A stretch of 64,000 nt of DNA from a virus. Taxonomy: Duplodnaviria > Caudoviricetes. The notes under the pieces are model-generated. The model ran no database searches. It was not told the origin of the DNA and saw nothing but the letters and a program-made list of their open reading frames with translations. Each line of letters opens with the position of its first letter. Position 1 is the first letter of the stretch. The DNA lies in the IMG/VR virus record IMGVR_UViG_2757320666_000001, positions 1-64,000 of that record; one strand, given 5' to 3'. The position numbers were made by a program, and so were the translations under genes. Shown here one piece after another: positions 56,647 to 64,000 of the stretch.

Positions 56647-56760
56647 TTAAGTTTTTTTGTTAATACAATCTTCACATTGTAAAGGTAAATGTAAGTTAGA
56701 ATCTTCTACATAAAATACTTTATTACAATTAGAATTTATACATTCTTTTGGTTTACTCAT
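56647..56760 (-). CDS. 37-aa Zn-ribbon microprotein MSKPKECINSNCNKVFYVEDSNLHLPLQCEDCINKKT
   Basis: Manual translation; fills the gap exactly; CxxxxC...CxxC; missing from the ORF track. Confidence 0.7.
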   Translation of the reverse strand: MSKPKECINSNCNKVFYVEDSNLHLPLQCEDCINKKT

Positions 56761-58252
56761 CTTCTGATTTAATTATTAAGTAATAAAGTTCTTTTTTTGC
56801 TCTGGTTCTTGCTACATATTTCAAATTTTGTTCTTGTTCTAATTGCATTGGTGATTTAGCAAATTTAGAAGGTATCAAAAATTCATTTAAAATATATACT
56901 ACATCAGCTTCTAAACCTTTTGATTTATGAATAGTACACAATGTAATTACTGTTTCATCTTCTGGTTCAGCAAATAATTGTTTCAAAGATTGTAATAAAA
57001 CTTCTATTTTATTATCTCCTATAACTAAATGAGTTATTAAAAGAATAAAATTAGAATAATTTTGTTTCAATCTGTATAGTTTAAACCTTTCATCATCATT
57101 CTTATTCTCAATTCTTTCTAATCTTGTCAATTCAGAAGCTATTTTTCTTTTAGTTTCATCAACAGTTTTATAAGAATATGGTTTTAAGAATTTAGTTATA
57201 GAAGCTAAAATGTCATCACCTTTAATAAATACCTTTCTATTTAAAGAAAGTAATTGAAAATATAAGTCTATAAGAGGAGTAGAATTTCTACAAATAACCA
57301 TTGAACCATCTTGAATCAAAGATACATCTTCAATATTCTCAACAATTCCTGGTTCTTGCTTAAATCCTTCCATTACATTATATACTTTATTTGCTTCATC
57401 TACAACTAATTGAGGACATCTATAACAAACATCTAATGGTAATTCAACTACATTAGGTTCTTCTTTAATTAAATCAAAAGAATTACCATAAGCACCTGAA
57501 AATCCATAAATTGATTGTCTTCTATCTCCAATTTTGACCCATTTTTGTATATCACCTTGATTTACCAGCAGATGAATAAATTGATGTTGTGCATAACTTA
57601 AATCCTGAACTTCATCAATCATCAAATAATAGGGTTGAACTGCTACCATAATTTTCTCTCTTACAACAAGATATATCATATCATTGAAATCAATTTCAAT
57701 TTTATTACCAGTATAAGTTTGTTCCCTCAAAGTAATAAATTCAGTCCAAAGTTGTTCTAAATTAGCATGTTCAAAATAGAATTTATCCATTTGTTTCATA
57801 AAGCCAAAAAGTTCTTTCATATCATTAGTAAGAAAAACTCTTGATAAGTCATTCATTTCCATAATAGTCATACTAATTTTAGCTCTTTCTTCCCAAATTA
57901 ATGAACCAAATAGTCTTTTATTAAATCTTTCCAAATCTTTCATTAATTGCCAAGATTTGTTATTATTTATAACAACATTTCCTGAACCATAATGATTTCT
58001 AATTGAAAGTAAACCTAAAGAATGGATAGTCATAGCTTTAGCATGAGCATATCCATTCTGTTCAATTTTACTTTGAATTTCTTCTTGAATTGATTTATTA
58101 AAAGCTAAAAATAAAGTTCTATATTCACATCTTTCTAAAATACCCATTAAAGTAGTAGTTTTACCACTACCTGCTACAGATTGAATAAGTAGATTATGAT
58201 TTGTTGAAGTCCAAGTATCATATACAACTTGTTGTTTTATACTTGGTATCAT
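56753..58252 (-). CDS. Superfamily 1 (UvrD/Rep-like) DNA helicase
   Basis: AGSGKTTT, LAFNKSI, IDEVQD, GDRRQSIYGF, YRCP, TIHKSKGLE, YVARTRAK motifs. Confidence 0.92.
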   Translation of the reverse strand: MIPSIKQQVVYDTWTSTNHNLLIQSVAGSGKTTTLMGILERCEYRTLFLAFNKSIQEEIQSKIEQNGYAHAKAMTIHSLGLLSIRNHYGSGNVVINNNKSWQLMKDLERFNKRLFGSLIWEERAKISMTIMEMNDLSRVFLTNDMKELFGFMKQMDKFYFEHANLEQLWTEFITLREQTYTGNKIEIDFNDMIYLVVREKIMVAVQPYYLMIDEVQDLSYAQHQFIHLLVNQGDIQKWVKIGDRRQSIYGFSGAYGNSFDLIKEEPNVVELPLDVCYRCPQLVVDEANKVYNVMEGFKQEPGIVENIEDVSLIQDGSMVICRNSTPLIDLYFQLLSLNRKVFIKGDDILASITKFLKPYSYKTVDETKRKIASELTRLERIENKNDDERFKLYRLKQNYSNFILLITHLVIGDNKIEVLLQSLKQLFAEPEDETVITLCTIHKSKGLEADVVYILNEFLIPSKFAKSPMQLEQEQNLKYVARTRAKKELYYLIIKSEDE

Positions 58253-58410
58253 TCAGCTAAAATTTTAGAAATTTCTATTGCAGTTTTCTTATTATGAGCT
58301 ACTTCTTTTTCAAGTATAGCAATCATTTCATTGATTTCACCAATTTCATCAGAACCTATCCTATCAGACCATTGCTTCATAGCTTTTAATCTGTTAATTA
58401 CTTCTATCAT
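58249..58410 (-). CDS. 53-aa hypothetical protein MIEVINRLKAMKQWSDRIGS...KILAE
   Basis: Manual translation; ATGA overlaps at both ends; missing from the ORF track. Confidence 0.7.
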   Translation of the reverse strand: MIEVINRLKAMKQWSDRIGSDEIGEINEMIAILEKEVAHNKKTAIEISKILAE

Positions 58411-58607
58411 AGTTTTTCAATATCTTTAAGTTCATAAACATCTATCCATTTTTTATTACAATCTTCTTCATTACATTTAACAGTTCTACTACAAGAATTT
58501 GTATCAAAATCTGGATGGTCTGCTGTAATATCTCCTGAATGACAATATGGACATTCATCTGGATTTTTCAGATAATGTTCTTTTTGTTCTTGTGTTAATT
58601 TAGCCAT
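58407..58607 (-). CDS. Small Zn-ribbon protein
   Basis: CPYC...C....C..KW..VY; ATG at 58607 preferred over the track start at 58616. Confidence 0.7.
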   Translation of the reverse strand: MAKLTQEQKEHYLKNPDECPYCHSGDITADHPDFDTNSCSRTVKCNEEDCNKKWIDVYELKDIEKL

Positions 58608-58762
58608 TATTGACAATATTTAATTTGTTGTTTCCAATATGAAATTAATGTATAAGCATTATCACAGTAATCTTTAAATTCTTCTTCATTTAAAGATGGT
58701 TCAATTTCTTCAATAGATTTCTCTATTTGACCAATAATTTGATTAATCTTTTGCTTTTCCAT
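58607..58762 (-). CDS. 51-aa hypothetical protein MEKQKINQIIGQIEKS...IKYCQ
   Basis: Manual translation; TAATG overlap with the downstream gene; missing from the ORF track. Confidence 0.65.
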   Translation of the reverse strand: MEKQKINQIIGQIEKSIEEIEPSLNEEEFKDYCDNAYTLISYWKQQIKYCQ

Positions 58763-59564
58763 TGATTTTAGAATTTACAATTGATAATAAAGCATGAGAA
58801 TTACATATACCATAACCTGCATTCATAACATCAATAACAGATAAACAAGGTTTATTTGATAAAATAAATTCTTGAGCAGCTTCTTTTGTTGAAAAATGCC
58901 AAGCTGATTCAGACATGTGTTCAAAATTATATTGTTTATTAGCAAAAGTTTGATGATTATACAATTCAAAATCTTTTTTAAATACTCTAAAATACTCATT
59001 ACCTTCATAAATTTCTTCTCCATCTTTAGTTGTGAAAAGATAATTATTAATGTGTCTAATTGTATTTAGTGGCATAGTTGTACCAGATTCAGCTTGACAA
59101 ATAATTTTAATACCAGGATAAAAAAATGTTATATTTTGAACTTTAAAATTAGTCAATTCATCTGTTAAAGAATCTTGAACTCTATTACCTAAAGTAAATA
59201 ATTCTCCATCAGATAATCTTTTAACTGAATAAATAGACCAATGTTTCATTTTAACAAGACCTTCTTCTCCTTTCCAAGTTAAAATCTTATCACCTTTATA
59301 TTGACCATTTTCTTGCTTGGTAATAATTTCACCTTTTCTTAACTCATTAAAGTTTTGATTACATACAAAAGATAAGATTTCATAATTTTTTTCAATTACT
59401 TCTTCCCAATATTCAGGATAATTTTCTACATAATTTTGTGAAACAGTCATATTTACATTAGGACTGTTTATATCAAAATATACAAAAACACCTCTTCTAT
59501 CCACAATAGTACCTAATTTAGGTGAACCTGGATATTCTTTGATTAGTTTATACTTCTTTGTCAT
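58743..59564 (-). CDS. Hypothetical protein
   Basis: YKLIKEYPGSP and YSVKRLSDGELFTLG motifs recalled from Bacteroidota phage proteins. Confidence 0.75.
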   Translation of the reverse strand: MTKKYKLIKEYPGSPKLGTIVDRRGVFVYFDINSPNVNMTVSQNYVENYPEYWEEVIEKNYEILSFVCNQNFNELRKGEIITKQENGQYKGDKILTWKGEEGLVKMKHWSIYSVKRLSDGELFTLGNRVQDSLTDELTNFKVQNITFFYPGIKIICQAESGTTMPLNTIRHINNYLFTTKDGEEIYEGNEYFRVFKKDFELYNHQTFANKQYNFEHMSESAWHFSTKEAAQEFILSNKPCLSVIDVMNAGYGICNSHALLSIVNSKINGKAKD

Positions 59565-59884
59565 TTTTTTTCAATTTTATCTTTAATAGATGCTTCACAT
59601 AATATAAGATAATTAATTAAATCTCCAATTTTTTCATCTACTTTTTCAGTAGAAGGAAGAATATTATTATCAATATCATTAAGAATATCAATAAATGATA
59701 CATAATGTTTTAGAGCAAATCCCCATAATGCTTTTTCTCTTGAAACATTATTTATTCTTGCTGCTACATTAAAATTATGTAAAGGGTCATTATTTCTCTG
59801 ATATTCCAAACCTTTAATTAATAATGTTTCTCTGATTTTTTGTAATCTATTTTCAATTACTTTGTCAAACTCCTCTTGTGTCAT
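59561..59884 (-). CDS. Nucleotide-modification-associated (DUF1599/Nmad1-like) all-alpha pyrophosphatase-fold protein
   Basis: KGLEY....DPLHNF..AA...KH...D...KIGDLINYLIL pattern. Confidence 0.55.
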   Translation of the reverse strand: MTQEEFDKVIENRLQKIRETLLIKGLEYQRNNDPLHNFNVAARINNVSREKALWGFALKHYVSFIDILNDIDNNILPSTEKVDEKIGDLINYLILCEASIKDKIEKK

Positions 59885-60123
59885 AATTCTACAAATTCTA
59901 TAGATTTTTTATGTAATTCAGTCATTACCAGTAAATCTTGATTATCAAATTTTTCATCGGAATCATCCATAGATTCCTGTATTAAACCTACTTCATATTG
60001 ACAAGATTTTCCAGAAACATCATCATCATTTTGCATTGCTGGTGTAACTTGTTCTCTTATGAATCTTTTAAATCCTGGAGTAAATTCTGGATTTAATGCT
60101 ACTTTAAATAGTGATTGCCACAT
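59881..60123 (-). CDS. Acidic hypothetical protein
   Basis: ATG at 60123 preferred because the track start at 60156 lies inside a terminator hairpin. Confidence 0.65.
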   Translation of the reverse strand: MWQSLFKVALNPEFTPGFKRFIREQVTPAMQNDDDVSGKSCQYEVGLIQESMDDSDEKFDNQDLLVMTELHKKSIEFVEL

Positions 60124-60133
60124 AATTATAAGT

Positions 60134-60175
60134 TTAAAAAAATCAAAGTGAAGCATTGCACTTCACTTTGATTTT
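60134..60175 (-). terminator. Rho-independent terminator after the HU gene
   Basis: 15-bp perfect stem aaaatcaaagtgaag / cttcactttgatttt with a T run on the minus strand. Confidence 0.8.
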
Positions 60176-60185
60176 ATATTATAGA

Positions 60186-60440
60186 CTATTTAGCTCCTTT
60201 GAAACCAAATACTTCTCTTGCTGCAATAGTAAGAGTTTCTCCTGTTTTAGGATTTCTACCTTGTCTTGCTGCCTTTTTCACATTTGAGAAAGTACCATAA
60301 CCTTGAATAGTTAATTTACCATCTTCAATAGCAAGATTTTTACAAGAAGTTAATACAGCTTGAATGTTTTTTTCAGCTTCTTCTTTTGTTTGTCCTGTAA
60401 CTTCTTGTACAGCTTTTGTTAGTTTAGCATTATTATTCAT
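60186..60440 (-). CDS. hup: HU family DNA-binding protein
   Basis: GKLTIQGYGTFS...AARQGRNPKTGETLTIAAR...F canonical motif. Confidence 0.92.
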   Translation of the reverse strand: MNNNAKLTKAVQEVTGQTKEEAEKNIQAVLTSCKNLAIEDGKLTIQGYGTFSNVKKAARQGRNPKTGETLTIAAREVFGFKGAK

Positions 60441-60461
60441 AATAAAGATTAGAGGTTTCCT

Positions 60462-61052
60462 TTACTCCTCAAGGTTCTTATAATTAAAAAATTCTTTTTG
60501 TTTTTCAGGAGGGAAGTCATATTCCATACCTTCATCTTTCAAGTCTTTGTGTGTTAAAACTGTACCAAATGAATCATTCACTTTTTTGATAAAAATATCT
60601 CTCATACTTAAAGATTTTGTAAGAACTTTTTTAGCTTCCGTTTCTTTTGGAAAAAATTGTTCTAACTCATCTTTACAGTACATTTTACTATATTTACCTT
60701 CATTGAATTTATCATATACATCACTATGACTTTCTGGAAATTTTATAACAACCATGTGTTTTCTTCCTCTTTCTATATCATCATAAGCATAATCAGTAAC
60801 ATAATATTCCTGATGTTTAAGATAATTTAAAAAGTTTTGAAATTTTGCAGGTTGATATAATTTATCTGATAAAATATAAATTAATCTTTGTTGTTCAAAA
60901 GGAGTACCATCTAAAAGACAGTCATGTATTCCAAATGCTAAATTAAAGACAGAATTTAATTTTACTACAAATGTTGGACCATGCAACTTTAAACAAGGTA
61001 ATAAATATTTATAAGTTTTATTTACATATATTTTTCCTAATTCTATTTGCAT
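60462..61052 (-). CDS. Conserved phage hypothetical protein
   Basis: Clean ORF; GKYSKMY motif; no function recognised. Confidence 0.7.
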   Translation of the reverse strand: MQIELGKIYVNKTYKYLLPCLKLHGPTFVVKLNSVFNLAFGIHDCLLDGTPFEQQRLIYILSDKLYQPAKFQNFLNYLKHQEYYVTDYAYDDIERGRKHMVVIKFPESHSDVYDKFNEGKYSKMYCKDELEQFFPKETEAKKVLTKSLSMRDIFIKKVNDSFGTVLTHKDLKDEGMEYDFPPEKQKEFFNYKNLEE

Positions 61053-61055
61053 AAT

Positions 61056-62294
61056 TTACACATTTATTACACCATTCCAATCAACAACTAAATGTTCATT
61101 TTTATCATCAGCTTCCATAATATCTTTATCCATTTCCCATCCTTTTTCAGTATGGTACAAAAATAAATCAATCAATTGCTCAAAACCATCAATTTTAGAC
61201 AATATTACATATTGTTCTGGTATTGATGTTGAGAAAGAAGTATCAACAACTGTATAAGATGGTCTTCCTTCTCTACCTATTTTAAGTAATGTTTCTGACA
61301 TTTCATAAATAAGTGGTTTTCCAGGATTTATCGTAGATTCAACAATGAATTTGAAAGGTTTTAATGATTGTAAATTATTTTGCAAAGCATAATAATCAAT
61401 TAAAGCATTAGAATACCAAGCAGCTTGAATATCATATCTATAAGATTTGATACTACTCAAGAAATCAACAGTATTTCCAGACATTGTTTTTAAATCAATA
61501 CCTTCTACACTAATAATTTTACCTTGTTCATCTCTTACTACAACAACCAAATCTAATAATGCTTTACAATTTACTCCTTTGTAATTGAAATATAAAGGCA
61601 TTTGATAAATAAAGGTTACATTTTCCATTTCATTTTGCAACTCTCTATCAAAATATTTAGATGTTCTCCAATGAGTTTTCAATGAAGAAACTATACCTAA
61701 AATTTTGTTGTGAGTTGTTGAATCAATGATAGTTTTACCAAAAGATTTAGATAAATCTTGAAAGTATTCTGTTCCAGGTTCACAAATAGCTTTCATTTTT
61801 GCTTCTGCTCCCCATCTTGATTGATAGTTTACTTCTGCACAAGCATCAAGAATATATGCTTCCCAATCATGTAAATAACCAGCAAATTCAGGAAAAGATT
61901 TTTTCAATTCAGGAAATTCCAAAGTATCATTTTCAATACTGATATGGTCTCCATTATCTTTTACTTCAACAGCATCTTTTACAGGATAACTATTTACTTC
62001 ATTATCATAATCTTCTTTTACTCTATTGAATACTGATAATATTATACCAGCAACAGCATCAGAAGGAGCTTTTTCCAATGAAGAAACATAAAATGCTTTT
62101 TCAAATTCTCCTTCTTCTCCTGTTAAAATGGTATCTACAGCTTTACCTAATATAATATGAGGTTTACTATTAATATCTTCTTCAAAAGTAAAATTATCAA
62201 CTCCTTTTGTCAGTTTTTTTAATTTAGACTGTCCTAAACTTTCTGATGCATAATAAGCATCAATTTCACTCTGTGGTGTTATTATTACTCCCAT
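61056..62294 (-). CDS. RecE/exonuclease VIII-like PD-(D/E)xK nuclease (DUF3799-like)
   Basis: LGQSKLK, G.AVD..LT, CKALLDLV...IDLKT and YRYDIQAAWY motifs. Confidence 0.8.
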   Translation of the reverse strand: MGVIITPQSEIDAYYASESLGQSKLKKLTKGVDNFTFEEDINSKPHIILGKAVDTILTGEEGEFEKAFYVSSLEKAPSDAVAGIILSVFNRVKEDYDNEVNSYPVKDAVEVKDNGDHISIENDTLEFPELKKSFPEFAGYLHDWEAYILDACAEVNYQSRWGAEAKMKAICEPGTEYFQDLSKSFGKTIIDSTTHNKILGIVSSLKTHWRTSKYFDRELQNEMENVTFIYQMPLYFNYKGVNCKALLDLVVVVRDEQGKIISVEGIDLKTMSGNTVDFLSSIKSYRYDIQAAWYSNALIDYYALQNNLQSLKPFKFIVESTINPGKPLIYEMSETLLKIGREGRPSYTVVDTSFSTSIPEQYVILSKIDGFEQLIDLFLYHTEKGWEMDKDIMEADDKNEHLVVDWNGVINV

Positions 62295-62799
62295 TTTCGA
62301 TGTAGTGTTTTAATATTATTTCATTTTTAAAAACTTCAAATGTCATATTAACAATAGTTTTAAATTCAGAGTTCATATCAAACTTAAAATCTTTCAATCC
62401 ATCATATTTCAAGAAAGGATTTAAAGTTTGAAAAATATCAAACTGTTGTAATGACATATAAACCTTTTCATGTTCAGGAAGTCTTTTATGACCTCTTCCC
62501 ACTTCTTGATAATGAATTAGCAATAAAGGTTTCTTAAAAACTTCATCTTCTTTTGGGAACATTGCTTGAATACAGCTATACATAGCAAACAACTCTTTAC
62601 CTGCATTCATGTTTTTTTGTTTACCAGCTTTGATTTGCAAATTAAATGGAATATACATTAAATCTATCTTTGCATTATCATGTTTTTTACTGACAAAACG
62701 AGAAGTTTCACAAAAATTAAAACCTAAATCTCTAAATTTTATGGCATATAATCTTTCTGCATTACTTCCTTTTCTTTTATTCGTTTTTCCTATTCCCAT
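62266..62799 (-). CDS. Putative Holliday junction resolvase (PD-(D/E)xK)
   Basis: NKRKGSNAER...LGF...D.AKIDL...LQIKAG pattern. Confidence 0.7.
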   Translation of the reverse strand: MGIGKTNKRKGSNAERLYAIKFRDLGFNFCETSRFVSKKHDNAKIDLMYIPFNLQIKAGKQKNMNAGKELFAMYSCIQAMFPKEDEVFKKPLLLIHYQEVGRGHKRLPEHEKVYMSLQQFDIFQTLNPFLKYDGLKDFKFDMNSEFKTIVNMTFEVFKNEIILKHYIENGSNNNTTE

Positions 62800-62845
62800 T
62801 AAGGTTTTTAATTTAATTAAACAATTAAAAACTTTATGTTACAAA

Positions 62846-63934
62846 TTAGAAGGGTAAATCTTCAACTTGTGGCTCTTCTGTATCATCAATAAGATTGATT
62901 ACAGTTCTTGTTCTTGTAGTGGGTGCAGGTAATGGATTATTTAAAAGTTGATTTCCTAAAGAAATATTAAATGCTTCTGCTGGAGTTCCAGGATATTCAT
63001 TGTAAGAATCAGTTGAACTGTTCAGAAAATTAGAAGGAACAAGTAAACTTTCATTTACTAATCTTCTTGCTTCTTCTATATTAAATGAATTAAGATAATC
63101 AGAAGTTATAGGATTAATAGGGTCAATAGCACCTCTTCTTCTCATTTGAGCTACTAAACCTTCCATTTTCGGAATTTCTTCCCCCCATAAAACTTCATCT
63201 TTTTTAACAGGAACAAATTTTCTTTGTCTATCTTCTAATTTACTACCAATACCAGGATTAAAAGTTTTAAATTGTTCAGGACTTTTAAACATTATGCTAC
63301 CTACATTATTAATTAAATGATTTTGTAATTCATCAATATTATTGAATTTCATTTCAAATTCATTAGAATAAGTAAGATTTTCTATTTTAACAGAAGTAGT
63401 AAAAACTACAGGAATATTTACTTTATAGGCATCTAATATATATTCTTTTTCTAATTTTTTATAGAAATTTGTATATATAGGATTAGTAACTAATTCTGTT
63501 GAAACTAACAATGTTAAATTTTTAGCATTTTCTTTTGGTATTGTGCTTTTTGAATATCTTGGTTGAAAAGGAAGATTTAATTTATCAGGTTTAGTAGTCA
63601 ATACCATAAGAATTTCATCTTTGTCATTAACTATATAACCTTTACCTACATAAATTATGTTTTTTTCTTCTCCTAAACCTAAATTAAAAGCATATAAACC
63701 AACACTTTCATTAATCATTTCAAGAAAATCTCTAATATTAAATTTTCTTGGTCTATTATCAATTTTAAGTAAAGGTTTATGATATAAAATAAAATTTCCT
63801 TCCGTAACTCTTTGATAACGATTACTTTCTCTTATACAATTAATTATAGGAACAAAATAAGAAGTAACTGATGAACCAATTTTAAATTCATTACCATGAA
63901 ATTCACTACGATAAGTTTCAGTTAATTGTAACAT
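62846..63934 (-). CDS. Hypothetical protein with acidic low-complexity tail
   Basis: 362-aa ORF; no motif recognised. Confidence 0.7.
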   Translation of the reverse strand: MLQLTETYRSEFHGNEFKIGSSVTSYFVPIINCIRESNRYQRVTEGNFILYHKPLLKIDNRPRKFNIRDFLEMINESVGLYAFNLGLGEEKNIIYVGKGYIVNDKDEILMVLTTKPDKLNLPFQPRYSKSTIPKENAKNLTLLVSTELVTNPIYTNFYKKLEKEYILDAYKVNIPVVFTTSVKIENLTYSNEFEMKFNNIDELQNHLINNVGSIMFKSPEQFKTFNPGIGSKLEDRQRKFVPVKKDEVLWGEEIPKMEGLVAQMRRRGAIDPINPITSDYLNSFNIEEARRLVNESLLVPSNFLNSSTDSYNEYPGTPAEAFNISLGNQLLNNPLPAPTTRTRTVINLIDDTEEPQVEDLPF

Positions 63935-63936
63935 AT

Positions 63937-63999
63937 TTAAAACTTATTAGTGGTTAAAGCTAAAGGAATAAAGAACTCGTAGTAAAAGGGAACATCTCT
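63937..63999 (-). CDS. C-terminal fragment of an upstream gene (RDVPFYYEFFIPLALTTNKF), possibly ThiF-like
   Basis: Open frame running off the window edge, with its stop 2 nt before the next ATG; family guess from only 20 residues. Confidence 0.35.
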   Translation of the reverse strand, partial: RDVPFYYEFFIPLALTTNKF

Positions 64000-64000
64000 T

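Noticed and set aside
770-62857. Many antisense or alternate-frame ORFs in the track (e.g. 770-973, 7500-7787, 8448-8726, 15094-15381, 30868-31185, 52706-53002, 62609-62857)
   Set aside because: They lie opposite or within well-supported genes, show Phe/Ile/Ser-rich shadow composition and lack motifs
1-64000. tRNA or rRNA genes
   Set aside because: No T-loop GTTCRA cloverleaf or rRNA-like GC-rich segment seen; intergenic gaps are mostly too short

Overview
This window is about 64 kb of an AT-rich crAss-like (Crassvirales-type) phage genome that very probably infects a Bacteroidota host. The host inference rests on repeated TAnnTTTG promoter boxes, A-rich leaders without Shine-Dalgarno sites, and a DUF1573-like gene. 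The + strand (590-51622) is the late/virion module. It runs: small regulatory genes, GH108 endolysin, large terminase, portal, putative scaffold, major capsid protein, a freestanding endonuclease, head/ring proteins, tailspike/fibre genes, holin, IHF-like, tail tubular and tail stabilization (muzzle) proteins, and four cargo proteins. One cargo protein is a 4287-aa virion RNA polymerase with a DYDID motif and a C-terminal zincin motif. The - strand (51706-64000) carries replication and nucleotide-metabolism genes (MazG-like, GroES-like, ThyX, HNH, SF1 helicase, HU, RecE-like and resolvase-like nucleases), converging on a large hairpin at about 51650-51700. The most notable signals are: a vWA/MIDAS-like domain and a 51-aa uncharged hairpin inside the muzzle protein; a late gene with an in-frame TGA where Trp is expected, while no annotated + strand gene ends in TGA; a thrice-repeated G-rich 17-mer in the strand-switch region; a canonical EF-hand loop in the portal; a roofless GroES; and a candidate single-chain spanin. 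All family assignments come from motif recognition and gene order, not database searches.
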